64,000 nucleotides of DNA from Candidatus Buchananbacteria bacterium. Lineage in GTDB: Bacteria > Patescibacteriota > Patescibacteriia > Buchananbacterales > UBA6539. Positions within the stretch are counted from its first letter, which is position 1, and each line of letters opens with the position of its first letter. A program made the position numbers and the translations under genes. Below the pieces are notes generated by a model. That model ran no database searches, had not been told where the DNA came from, and saw nothing but the letters and a program-made list of their open reading frames with translations. The stretch is from assembly GCA_041664165.1 (NCBI GenBank), contig JBAYLH010000003.1:3247-67246 (forward strand). The letters are read 5' to 3'. Positions 20,631 through 30,295 of the stretch are shown in pieces.

Positions 20631-20667
20631 AAAATAATCGCCTAACCGGCGATTTTTTGTTTTTTTT
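20631..20667 (+). terminator. Intrinsic terminator AATCGCC-TAACC-GGCGATT + T-run (related copies at 29568 and 30214)
   Basis: Hairpin plus long U-tract. Confidence 0.75.
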
Positions 20668-20677
20668 ATTTGTCTAA

Positions 20678-21565
20678 CTATTCTTTATCAGTAAAGACCA
20701 CTAACCGGTTGGGATAATTTTTGGAAATTTGATTCCAAACTCCGTCACAGGTAATAATGTTCAGATGTGCTTTTCCATCATTTGAGTCAAATATGTCTGA
20801 AGCATCCGCATCCGAATCATACCTTCGACTTTCGCGCACCACAAAGGCTGTAATCACCCCTTTATCATCTTCAACATATAATTTATCACCTTGGCGTAAT
20901 TTATATAAATTATCAAACACTGATGCTCTCCCGTTTTCCCTTCCATCATAGTGTCCAGCGATGACGGCGCTGCCATTCTCCCCGGGGCGCGGCCCGAGTT
21001 CAAACCAAGCTACATTTTCCTGGCTTTTAGATATATACATTGCTCCCTCGGGAGTAAGACACACAGGTTCAATAACAGAATCAACACTAATCCCTGGAAT
21101 TTTAAGACGCACCGGCAATCCAAAAACTGCTTGTCCTGGTTTTAAGAAAGAGACTTCATTTCCAACAAGTGGCATTGAGCTAATATGAATTGAATTTTTG
21201 GGAATAAAATCAATAATAGCGTTGAGCCTTATCAAAGTTTTGGGTCCTACCCGGCCATAGCCGGTAGTTTCAGGCGTTCCGTTAAAAACGATTCTCTGCG
21301 CCGTTTGAAATTTCTGCATTGCCGATTGGGTTAGAGAATCAAAGCATCCGGTAATAAAACCTGAAGGATAGATATCGGCATTTGTCGCCAGATATGCCTG
21401 AAGCTCAACCACATCCGATCCGCTTGAACCGAAATCCAACTGGCTGGTTATTGTGGCACTGGCGTTCTGAATTCCAATAAACAAAACAAAAAATATTACT
21501 ACCATCATTACCCCAAAAAGAAGGCCTTTTTCCGACATACTTTGTAGATTGATTGTTTTGTTCAT
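20678..21565 (-). CDS. Class F sortase with N-terminal TM and peptidoglycan-binding domain
   Basis: L..GSSGSDV.ELQ.YL..TG.F..LT..A..KFQ; PGENGSAVIAGH, LNIITC, NRLVV catalytic H/C/R. Confidence 0.85.
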   Translation of the reverse strand: MNKTINLQSMSEKGLLFGVMMVVIFFVLFIGIQNASATITSQLDFGSSGSDVVELQAYLATNADIYPSGFITGCFDSLTQSAMQKFQTAQRIVFNGTPETTGYGRVGPKTLIRLNAIIDFIPKNSIHISSMPLVGNEVSFLKPGQAVFGLPVRLKIPGISVDSVIEPVCLTPEGAMYISKSQENVAWFELGPRPGENGSAVIAGHYDGRENGRASVFDNLYKLRQGDKLYVEDDKGVITAFVVRESRRYDSDADASDIFDSNDGKAHLNIITCDGVWNQISKNYPNRLVVFTDKE

Positions 21566-21782
21566 ATTATTTTTATTAGACTAAACTCAAATATTTTAAA
21601 TAGATCTTATTATTAATTGGCTCAGAATGTTACTGGCCCAGTGACACTCAATATGGTTTTATTAGACATGTCAATACGAAAAGAACAGATAAAGCCATAA
21701 GCAAAAATCCGAACAACGATGATGCTATTGGTTATTAATTTTTTTAATATTAGATTGGTGCAACTAAATCTTTACGATGCTA

Positions 21783-22148
21783 TTACTTGACCTTCTGTTC
21801 TTGCTCGTCAAGCTTAGCTGCGGCTTCTGGCGTTGATACGGTTTTACTCATCAAAAATAGTTTGACAATTGCGAAGGCAATCATAAAATATACCGCCATC
21901 GCCAAAATGGTTGTCCATTCAAAGATGCTGCCTTGCACCGTGGTCATTGGAAATACTGCCAAAAAAGGAGCAGTAAATGGCCAGGTAATGAGGTAGATAA
22001 AATTCGTAAACCCCGCTTCAGGATTCGCTCCTGTTAGCTTGAGTGCCAGGCGGAACACTAATAATACCTCAAGTAGTGAAAGAAGGTACCACACAATTTG
22101 GGTGCCCTTAAATAGCGGTTTTGTCGTGGGAGAGTTGTATGAATCCAT
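21783..22148 (-). CDS. YggT-family membrane protein
   Basis: R..LKL.GAN...F..FIY.IT.PF.APF pattern. Confidence 0.75.
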   Translation of the reverse strand: MDSYNSPTTKPLFKGTQIVWYLLSLLEVLLVFRLALKLTGANPEAGFTNFIYLITWPFTAPFLAVFPMTTVQGSIFEWTTILAMAVYFMIAFAIVKLFLMSKTVSTPEAAAKLDEQEQKVK

Positions 22149-22179
22149 AATCGTAAATGTTAATTAATTAGAAGTTGTT

Positions 22180-22428
22180 TTAACGCCGCACTGCTCTCAC
22201 AATGGCAATAAGTATACATGCCCCAAGCAAGGCGACCAGAAAACTGTACAAGTCAAATCCCCCCACTCCGCTTTTTCCAATAACGCTCATGATCCAACCG
22301 CCGATAACTGCCCCGACCACGCCGACAATGATATTCAGTAACACTCCCTGTTGCCCATCAGTCTTCATAATTAAAGAAGCGACCCAACCGACGATTGCCC
22401 CAAAAATGATCCAAAGGATAATTCCCAT
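22180..22428 (-). CDS. GlsB/YeaQ/YmgE family stress-response membrane protein
   Basis: WIIFGAIVGWVAS...NIIVGVVGAVIGG...VALLGA. Confidence 0.92.
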   Translation of the reverse strand: MGIILWIIFGAIVGWVASLIMKTDGQQGVLLNIIVGVVGAVIGGWIMSVIGKSGVGGFDLYSFLVALLGACILIAIVRAVRR

Positions 22429-22504
22429 AGAGTTGTAGTTAAATTATTAATAATTTGTTCGCCAAAAGTGTTTTGACCGCGGGCGGATTAAACGAATCCT
22501 AAGA

Positions 22505-22738
22505 TTAAGGAGTCGGAGGCGAAGCGTTTACCGCTGGCAACGCAACATTAACATTTGGCAAATTAACTTTCACGTCAATATTGCCGTTTTGAGGCGTAAC
22601 ACGGCTAGACCGAATTGCCGGCAGAGCATAGACAAAAAACAAGCCAACCACCACCAGCAACACAACCACGCCAATTATTATGCCAACGCCGGAACCCGAT
22701 CCTTCCCCGTTTCCGGGATTATTAATTACTGTTGTCAT
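22505..22738 (-). CDS. Small single-pass membrane protein
   Basis: Gly-rich N-terminus, one TM, Pro-rich tail. Confidence 0.7.
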   Translation of the reverse strand: MTTVINNPGNGEGSGSGVGIIIGVVVLLVVVGLFFVYALPAIRSSRVTPQNGNIDVKVNLPNVNVALPAVNASPPTP

Positions 22739-22857
22739 AAATTTGAATTAATTTCAATTTTTTTTAATTATGTTTTTTCTTCCCTTTCGACCTAAAATTG
22801 GGAAAAATTATTTTACAAACTTGCTATTTTTCTTACTCTAATTTATATCGCCGATAT

Positions 22858-23022
22858 TTAAGAATTACTCTTGGCTGCTTGCTTGTCAGCTTGATCCTTA
22901 TGCTCCTCAGCAGCAGCATTATGAGCATCGGCAGCTTTAATTTCTGCCTGATGCGCTGACTTATCTTGTCCGGCTGCGACTTCATCTTTTTGTTTTAAAT
23001 CATCTGTCATATTGTTTTTCAT
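22858..23022 (-). CDS. Small hydrophilic Ala/Lys/Asp-rich protein (hydrophilin-like)
   Basis: Biased composition HQAEIKAADAHNAAAEEHKDQADKQAAK; start uncertain. Confidence 0.5.
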   Translation of the reverse strand: MKNNMTDDLKQKDEVAAGQDKSAHQAEIKAADAHNAAAEEHKDQADKQAAKSNS

Positions 23023-23238
23023 TATTGAATTAAAGAATAAATTATATAATCTTTTTGTCTTCTTATTTTGATTGGAGAAACTATTTACGAACAGTTTCAT
23101 AAACCTGCCAAAGAGGCTAAAGGTACTCCCGTTGGCCTTGATACAGGTCTCGATTTATACCTGCCTCAAGTTTCTAAGGTTTTAATTTGCGCTTAGATAG
23201 GCTTGAATTATTGGTCCGAAATTCCCCCCAAACCAAAA

Positions 23239-24414
23239 CTATTCTAAGTTGTTACCAAACAGCAAGCCGGCAGTGCCCAAATTATTAAACTCTTTAATGA
23301 TTTTATTCCAGCTGGAACCAAAATGCTTTGCCGCCGCCAGTTCATTGATGATCCAGTGAAGTTTGTGGCTGGCGTCGACGAAAAATACTTCGACGGAATT
23401 CTTACTTTTTACCAGCCAGTCGGTTTGGATATCGGAAATGGAGTAGCCGGTTATAAACTGCTGGCCAAAATCCGAAGCTGGAGGGGCTAAAGGAGCTGCC
23501 TGCTGAGCTAACACTGCGTTAGAACAATCTTGCTGGTTGTTGAATGTTTGCAACCCCAAATACATATATGTACCACAAAATTCTTTTTGTGATTGGCAGG
23601 TTGTATTTGTATTATCAAACCAATAAAGATTCGAACATGTTAGTTGTGGCGTTGGCGGCAAAACGGCAACAGTTGGCATAGCAACCGCGTTAGAATCCAG
23701 CGTCACTGCGGTCTGAGCCAAAGCTCTGCCGTTTAAGGTTGCACCAGTATCTAAGACAATTGCTGTTTGGTCCAATATATTTCCATTAAAGACTGACGTT
23801 GTTCCAAGTGTCGTCTGTCCGGCAACAACCCAGAAAATATTACTCGCCTGGGCGCCACCGGCCAAAATAACGTGCGCCGCGGAACTCACAATAAGATTTT
23901 GGGCTATCTGAAAAATCCAAATTTCATTGGCTCCGCCCGAAAGCGTGACATCGGTTGGGATGATCAAACCAGTACCCCATTTATAAACACCAGAAGCAAG
24001 CGTCAATCCGCCGATATTTCCGGCGCCCAATTCAGTCACGCTCGGCGCCCGTCCCATGGTATCGGTGTATGCGGTTTGCATATCAAGTACCGCCGTGGTT
24101 AAGTTGGCAGGCGTTCGATTAGCATAGTCAGACGCATAGACTTTTCCCGTAATTAAAGCTGATGTGGAAAAGGCACTTGCCGCCGGCAAAATTAACGCAA
24201 ATCCGGTGATGTAACTTGCGGCGGCCGGACTCAATCCAATATCTCCAGTAATTGAGGTGGATCCGGTAGTTGAGATTCCGGTTTTTGCTAAAATCACAAA
24301 ATTACCTGAATCGCCGAGATTTACTGTTGCTACGCTTGCAACACTTGACCCAGCTAAGCCAAGTGTAAACACGGTAACCAATATAGCAACCAAAACTTTG
24401 TCAAACATTTTCAT
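23239..24414 (-). CDS. Ice-binding family protein (DUF3494/IBP-1) with C-terminal Cys-containing domain
   Basis: FVILAKTGIS, ITGDIGLSP, DMQTAY, GVYKW, WIFQI, GAQASNIFW, GRALAQTAVTLD. Confidence 0.93.
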   Translation of the reverse strand: MKMFDKVLVAILVTVFTLGLAGSSVASVATVNLGDSGNFVILAKTGISTTGSTSITGDIGLSPAAASYITGFALILPAASAFSTSALITGKVYASDYANRTPANLTTAVLDMQTAYTDTMGRAPSVTELGAGNIGGLTLASGVYKWGTGLIIPTDVTLSGGANEIWIFQIAQNLIVSSAAHVILAGGAQASNIFWVVAGQTTLGTTSVFNGNILDQTAIVLDTGATLNGRALAQTAVTLDSNAVAMPTVAVLPPTPQLTCSNLYWFDNTNTTCQSQKEFCGTYMYLGLQTFNNQQDCSNAVLAQQAAPLAPPASDFGQQFITGYSISDIQTDWLVKSKNSVEVFFVDASHKLHWIINELAAAKHFGSSWNKIIKEFNNLGTAGLLFGNNLE

Positions 24415-24432
24415 AATTATTAGTTAAATTTA

Positions 24433-25032
24433 TTAGTATGCTTTCTTTTTAAGTCCATTAATTTCTTTTTCTAATTTTTTAATATAAATCTCCAGTTTCT
24501 GTGTTCGTTCTATGAGCTTAGCCTCTAACTGCTTTGAGTGACCGGCCAGTGTTTCGGCGACAACCATCATTTCTGTGATGTCTTCGATTGCTAAAAGAAT
24601 AATAGGTGAAAACAGTTCTGAAGCCATATCCTCTTTTTTAAAATGAATCTGGCGGGCATTTAAAATCATGGCCTTATGTCCGATGAAAGGAAACTCATGA
24701 ACAACTTCAAAACCATTAAAAAATGTATTCTTGGGCAAAATATCTTCAAGCAGTTTTCGTAAGCCAGGAATATTCCATTGACCATTCCCAAGTTCATACA
24801 CAATCTTGCCCTCGGTATCTTTTGATTCGACCTGAAATGTTTGATAGAAAGGTTCATTGGCCACCAGTACGCGAAAATTTTTATCAAGAATTAAAATTGG
24901 CTCCCGCAAGACATCAACCATGGTTTTAATGTATGCCCAGCTTTCTTCCCATAAACGTTCAAAAAAATGCTCATAAGAATTAGGCCCGATTGGTTTAAGA
25001 GTTTGTTTTATACCATTTTTTGTTATTTCCAT
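24433..25032 (-). CDS. Standalone PAS-domain protein with C-terminal coiled coil
   Basis: REPILILD...AN..FY.TF...YELGNGQWNIP.LR.LLE...LNARQ...LLAIED. Confidence 0.85.
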   Translation of the reverse strand: MEITKNGIKQTLKPIGPNSYEHFFERLWEESWAYIKTMVDVLREPILILDKNFRVLVANEPFYQTFQVESKDTEGKIVYELGNGQWNIPGLRKLLEDILPKNTFFNGFEVVHEFPFIGHKAMILNARQIHFKKEDMASELFSPIILLAIEDITEMMVVAETLAGHSKQLEAKLIERTQKLEIYIKKLEKEINGLKKKAY

Positions 25033-25264
25033 ATTATGTAGCCGCTAGATAATTTGAATTATTACAGCCTTGCTACAAGATGCGCAACCTGTTATGCTTA
25101 AAGACCAAGTATACTTATTACTGGAATGCCGGTGTAATATGGCAAAACCAAATCGACGTGACTATAAATGCCGGAAATATAGATATATCTCCATTATTAC
25201 ATGATTATCACCGTACCGCTGTAATAATTACGTAATATAACATTGCCACTTCCGGCTTAAATAT

Positions 25265-25786
25265 ATGGCTCCAAAACAAGAGACACAGCTACAAACAGAA
25301 CTAACCATAGCCCACCACCGCTACGAGAAAAGGCTTAATGCCTACGCATTTTTCAAGGTCAATAACCGTGTAATTGGCGAAGATTTAGTGCAGGACACCT
25401 TCATAAAAACCTGGACCTACCTGGTCAGACGGGGAAAAATTGACATAATGAAAGCTTTTCTCTATCACGTCCTTAATGACTTGATCGTGGATGAATATCG
25501 AAAACATAAAACAATCTCACTTGATGCCCTCCTGGAAAAAGGTTTTGAACCGAGCACTGACAATTCCGGGCGTCTTTTCAATTTCTTGGATGGCAAGACC
25601 GCACTTCTATTAATTTCGCGCCTCCCCGAAAAATATCAAAAAGTGATGCAGATGCGGTATGTGCGAAATCTATCGCTTAAAGAAATATCCCTTATCACTG
25701 GACAGTCAAAAAACACCGTTACCGTGCAAGCCTATCGGGGACTAGCCAAGCTTAAATTATTATACAATTCCCCGGGCGTAATATAG
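25265..25786 (+). CDS. ECF-type RNA polymerase sigma factor
   Basis: EDLVQDTFIK.W (region 2), LPEKYQKV...LSLKEIS...NTV (region 4). Confidence 0.92.
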   Translation: MAPKQETQLQTELTIAHHRYEKRLNAYAFFKVNNRVIGEDLVQDTFIKTWTYLVRRGKIDIMKAFLYHVLNDLIVDEYRKHKTISLDALLEKGFEPSTDNSGRLFNFLDGKTALLLISRLPEKYQKVMQMRYVRNLSLKEISLITGQSKNTVTVQAYRGLAKLKLLYNSPGVI

Positions 25787-25851
25787 AAACTAATCCTGTT
25801 TGTACATATATAACCATAAAAATCTGCCCATCAAATTAAAATCGCAACTCC

Positions 25852-25888
25852 AATAAAATACCTCGCTTTCGGGCGAGGTATTTTATTA
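25852..25888. terminator. Bidirectional terminator between convergent genes
   Basis: AATAAAATACCTCGC-TTTCGG-GCGAGGTATTTTATT inverted repeat. Confidence 0.8.
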
Positions 25889-25910
25889 TCACTTCTTCTT
25901 GCATAATTCA

Positions 25911-27239
25911 CTATATAGATGATAATCCTGAGAGAACAACGATAGTGTCTGCCGCAATTGTTTTCTCATTATTATTTGCAGTTCCGCGAATTCGTACCGT
26001 ACTACCAATGGCGATGTTACTCCAGCTCCCAAGTTTTCCATCCACATATATAGTGGTCGAGTCATTAGTGCTAATCGTCCAGGTCTTGTCAGTATTATCT
26101 GTCTTAAAAAGCACAACTGTTAAGGTCTTCGCCGTACTGTCAATTGCCATGACTGAACCCAAGCGATGCGCCACGCCGAGCCGTTGAATCGAATCATCTT
26201 TGATTACTCGCGCCACAAGATGACCAGTGACCTCATCGCGCCGACCAATAATACGAATGGAGTCGCCCTCGCTCAATTCGTTTAAGAGCGCTTTCCCGTA
26301 GTATCTTCGCACCAGCATCGTATCACTTGTGATGTCAATCATAATCTTGGTTCCTGGAGCGCCGATCAGGTTATTGACATCGTTTTTTTGATAAAATTTT
26401 GAATCAGCAACTGTTGCCTCAATAGTAATTGGCACTGCTAGGTCTTGCGGGATCATGGTTATAGTTGCGGGTACCACCCATCGTGTCACGCGCATAAAAA
26501 GATCATTACCGCGACGCAGGACAACTAAGATACTGGCATTCCAGGTCAACCGATTACCGTCGTTATTATCAGTAACTCGTGCACGAATACGATCACCCAC
26601 CTGTAAATCAGTGATACTGGCTGGATTCTTAGTACCAGCGACCATATTTGCATTAGTTAAATTCAACGTGAGGGTATCAGTGCCCCATAAAACGTCGACT
26701 TTATTCGTATCTGTGTGGATTGCCGTAATCCAGCCATTAATTCCCTTATGCCCGGGTTTAAAAGCATTATTGCCGAGCCGAATTGCAACCAGCTCATCAC
26801 TATTTATAAAGTGCCGCGCCGTAAAAGTGATAGGATCTCCGGCGATCCAATCGCTGAGGCTCGCTTGGGCGCCGCCATTAGTAGTAATTCTGGTACTACT
26901 ATCAATTTCAAAGGTGTTGTCTTTAGTAACCCCATCAGAATTGGTTGTACGAATAATAATCGTCGTATTCTGGGCTGTCGTGTTGCCGATTTCAATCAAA
27001 GTGCCGGTACCAGACACTACTTCAATTGCTTCAGAGGTCGCTTCATTAATAGTACTTTCTTTTGCCCCGATCATCTCCGCTTTTACGTCAATATTTACAT
27101 CGGTGCTCACATGTTCGCCAATCCTTAAATTTTCATAGAGATTCAGGCCTAATGCACTAGCCGGTATTGGCGGACAGACTGCTATCATAAGTAGCCCAAG
27201 AACCAAAAATATTGTTTTCATTTTTCTCATATACTTCAT
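25911..27239 (-). CDS. Secreted protein with repeated OB-fold-like (DUF5666-like) domains
   Basis: Signal peptide; repeated T.I...G...S..D...GD.I.V.G motifs. Confidence 0.7.
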   Translation of the reverse strand: MKYMRKMKTIFLVLGLLMIAVCPPIPASALGLNLYENLRIGEHVSTDVNIDVKAEMIGAKESTINEATSEAIEVVSGTGTLIEIGNTTAQNTTIIIRTTNSDGVTKDNTFEIDSSTRITTNGGAQASLSDWIAGDPITFTARHFINSDELVAIRLGNNAFKPGHKGINGWITAIHTDTNKVDVLWGTDTLTLNLTNANMVAGTKNPASITDLQVGDRIRARVTDNNDGNRLTWNASILVVLRRGNDLFMRVTRWVVPATITMIPQDLAVPITIEATVADSKFYQKNDVNNLIGAPGTKIMIDITSDTMLVRRYYGKALLNELSEGDSIRIIGRRDEVTGHLVARVIKDDSIQRLGVAHRLGSVMAIDSTAKTLTVVLFKTDNTDKTWTISTNDSTTIYVDGKLGSWSNIAIGSTVRIRGTANNNEKTIAADTIVVLSGLSSI

Positions 27240-27295
27240 ATTTCTATTAGTTAATTATTATAATGATCGGCTTAAATAAAGCCTGTTAAAATTCG

Positions 27296-27625
27296 CTAAC
27301 GACCAAGATAGCCGGAGCCGGTGTCGATGTAGGCACTGATAGCTTGGCTCGGATAGATAACGACCGGCACGACTTGATTGGTTTCAATCGTCTCGGTGGC
27401 GATCGGCCTCGCACCGACGTTCAAAAAGTACTGGAGCGAACGCAGAGTTATAACCAAGGCCAAAACTACTAAAAAAACACCAAGCAAATTAATCACTAAT
27501 TCATAATTGGTTTGTTTGCGTGTTAATGCTTGCGTCTGTGATGAGCTACTAAACAACGACACCACATCGTAGCCAGGGTATATCACTTTCATATTATTTG
27601 TAGTTAAATAGATTTGCGTTATCAT
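27296..27625 (-). CDS. Hypothetical membrane protein
   Basis: ORF with one TM; start uncertain. Confidence 0.45.
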   Translation of the reverse strand: MITQIYLTTNNMKVIYPGYDVVSLFSSSSQTQALTRKQTNYELVINLLGVFLVVLALVITLRSLQYFLNVGARPIATETIETNQVVPVVIYPSQAISAYIDTGSGYLGR

Positions 27626-27723
27626 TGCTATATTAATGCCGTTTCAAAAACAAATATATTACAACTAAAAACTGACAGGGATTAGTAAAAAGGTATATAA
27701 TCAAAGTAACAAAACCTAATTTT

Positions 27724-28698
27724 ATGAAAAAAATCATTTTTATTGTCGCTTTAATATCAATATTAGCCACGGGCTGTCTGATTGACAGTACTCCCCCAAC
27801 CCGACCAGTCGCCTGCACGACGGAAGCTAAACTTTGCCCCGATGGCAGCTATGTAGGTAGAACTGGGCCAGGTTGTCAATTTAGGGCCTGTCCCACTCCA
27901 ATTCAAGCCACTTCGACACCGACAAGTTTAGATATAAATTGTAAATTAGACGCTGATTGTCCAACATCTGCCTATACTTGCCAAGCGATTGAAGGTTCAG
28001 GCACAGTTTATCCAAATAACACTAAACCGCCGTCTTACACGATTACTAAAGGAGTATGTAAAATTAAACTAGGATATAAATGCAACCTTGACGCTGAATG
28101 CCTGCCAGGCTTAATTTGTCATAATCGTTTATGCACTAATCCGATCGGTTCAAGTTGTAACGGCGCCGATGATACCAGCTGCCCAAATGGTTACAAATGT
28201 ATCCAAAGTTGCGGACCACCGATAGCCAGAAGTGGGGAACCACCGCCGCCATGGTTTTGTGAATTAAATGAGATTGCCGATAAACCAAAAAATTGTCCGA
28301 TTTGCCTTGCTTCTAACACAAAAATTTCTACCCCAAACGGGGAGGTAAATATCAGAGATATTAAAATCGGCATGCCAGTTTGGTCTTTGGACAGCAAAGG
28401 TAAAAGAATAGTCAGTAAAGTCATTACTGTTTCGCATACTCCAACGCCTAAGACACACAAAGTCATTCACTTAGTTTTGAATGACAAAAGAGAAGTTTGG
28501 GCTTCCTTTAATCATCCGACCGTAAATGGTTTGCCAATCGGCAGTCTAAAAATGGGTGAAACTTATAATGGCGGTCAAATAATAAAAACTGAGTTGATAC
28601 TATACTGGGATACGGCAACCTATGATTTATTGCCGAATAGCGACACTGGCTATTATTGGGCTAATAAAATTTTACTTGGCAGTACGTTAGGGCTATAA
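27724..28698 (+). CDS. Cys-rich lipoprotein with C-terminal Hint domain
   Basis: Lipobox LATGC; CTTEAKLCPDGS motif; CLASNTKISTPNG (block A), SFNHP (block B), YDL..YWANKILLGS (blocks F/G). Confidence 0.85.
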   Translation: MKKIIFIVALISILATGCLIDSTPPTRPVACTTEAKLCPDGSYVGRTGPGCQFRACPTPIQATSTPTSLDINCKLDADCPTSAYTCQAIEGSGTVYPNNTKPPSYTITKGVCKIKLGYKCNLDAECLPGLICHNRLCTNPIGSSCNGADDTSCPNGYKCIQSCGPPIARSGEPPPPWFCELNEIADKPKNCPICLASNTKISTPNGEVNIRDIKIGMPVWSLDSKGKRIVSKVITVSHTPTPKTHKVIHLVLNDKREVWASFNHPTVNGLPIGSLKMGETYNGGQIIKTELILYWDTATYDLLPNSDTGYYWANKILLGSTLGL

Positions 28699-28957
28699 AA
28701 TTAATCAAAAATAAAAGTCGCTCCGAGCGACAAAAAGTATTTCTAAAGAGGAGCCGAGGGGCGGTTTTTTGGTATAAAGAAAAACCACTTCATTTTTCGC
28801 CCGCTCGCCATGATTATCTTTCGCGCTTAAACGTGCGGCGGAAAAAAATGGATTACTGTTGAAAGTAAAATTTGGTATAATTAAAGTTGTTATGAAAAAC
28901 ACTATGAAAAAATCATTTTTGTGATATAATAAAAATAGGCGTAAATTTATTAACTTT

Positions 28958-29515
28958 ATGGTAAATAACAATACAATCAATAATGATGATATTTTGACTC
29001 GGAGAGATCAAAATCAAAATGCGCCACAGCGCCAACCGATTATTAGAAAGGGCTTTATACTATCAATAGTGTGTTCAATGATGATGCTTGCTGTCGTTAT
29101 TTGGATCATTAATTTTGGCATAAATATTTATCCTTGCGGTTATACTACTGAGGAATATAACAATAAGAATCTGATTCCGGGAAATAATATGATTATCAGC
29201 GGAATCGATACGGACTCAGTCCATTTAATTCCTAAAGGAAATCTTGGCAGTAATTTCCATGCCTTCTCTTGTCCTTATACAGTTCAACCGAAATTTGATT
29301 TTTTTATTTCTGATATTAATTATGGTTCTTTTGCCGGAGAAATCCCTAATGGAAAAGAATTAGAAATAGTTAGCAGCTATAGGATGATAAAACATGGAGT
29401 TAATGGCTTAAGTGAAAGTGGCACTTATGAATCTTATGTCTTATTAAAAGATGAAGGCGGCATCTATTATATGGCAGATTCTAATCTTTTTGTTAAATCT
29501 GTTAACTCTAAATAG
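28958..29515 (+). CDS. Hypothetical single-pass membrane protein
   Basis: 185-aa AT-rich ORF with one TM. Confidence 0.65.
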   Translation: MVNNNTINNDDILTRRDQNQNAPQRQPIIRKGFILSIVCSMMMLAVVIWIINFGINIYPCGYTTEEYNNKNLIPGNNMIISGIDTDSVHLIPKGNLGSNFHAFSCPYTVQPKFDFFISDINYGSFAGEIPNGKELEIVSSYRMIKHGVNGLSESGTYESYVLLKDEGGIYYMADSNLFVKSVNSK

Positions 29516-29672
29516 TGTTAAATAATTTATAGCAAAAATATCACTCTTAAATTGGAAAAAATAAAAGTCGCCTAACCGGCGGTTTTTTGCTTGCTCGCCC
29601 TGCCTGACGGCAGTCAGGGCAGATAGGCTCCTTGGCTCGCCATCCGGCGGCTGGCGGGGTATAATTAAAACT

Positions 29673-30176
29673 ATGAAACTCCTCAAAACCATCCAATTCA
29701 AAAACTTAACCGCCGAACAAATAGCCAGGTTTGAAAAACGTAATGCGGCTCGGGCAATCGTTACTGATAATAACGACAATATCGACTTGTTACACGTTAC
29801 CAAACAAAATTATCATAAGCTGCCCGGCGGCGGAATCGAAGCCGGCGAGGATAAAATAACCGCGGTTCACCGGGAATGTTTGGAAGAATTAGGCTGCCAG
29901 ATCCAAGTTACCGGAGAAATTGGCAGTATTATTGAGTTTCGGGACAAATTGCCGCTTAAGATGAAATCATTTTGCTATGCCGCTAAACTCAAAGGAAAAA
30001 AAGGAAAACCAACTTTTAACCAAAATGAAATAAGCGACGGCTTCAAAATCAAATGGACCAATCCGCAAAAAGCGGCTCAGCTGATGGAAAACGACACGCC
30101 AAGGGATTATAACGGAAAATTTATTCAAATCAGAGATTTAACTTTTTTGAAAGAATTTCTAAAGCTACAAAAATAA
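29673..30176 (+). CDS. NUDIX hydrolase
   Basis: LPGGGIEAGEDKITAVHRECLEELG Nudix box. Confidence 0.95.
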   Translation: MKLLKTIQFKNLTAEQIARFEKRNAARAIVTDNNDNIDLLHVTKQNYHKLPGGGIEAGEDKITAVHRECLEELGCQIQVTGEIGSIIEFRDKLPLKMKSFCYAAKLKGKKGKPTFNQNEISDGFKIKWTNPQKAAQLMENDTPRDYNGKFIQIRDLTFLKEFLKLQK

Positions 30177-30295
30177 TTCTAATATTTTCTTTTCTTCCCG
30201 GCTATTTGATCAATCGCCAAACCGACGATTTTTTGCCTGCCCGCCTCTGGTGGGGTATAATTAGTATAAGTTTTATTAAGGTTTAAATTAAACAA

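Noticed and set aside
21570-21780. Possible gene remnant between sortase and YggT genes
   Set aside because: No convincing open frame or recognisable motif.
26455-27138. Long antisense ORFs (also 230-685, 53417-54846 and others)
   Set aside because: Shadows of well-supported genes on the opposite strand.
28282-28698. Canonical intein or polymorphic toxin
   Set aside because: No terminal His-Asn, no C-extein or toxin domain follows.
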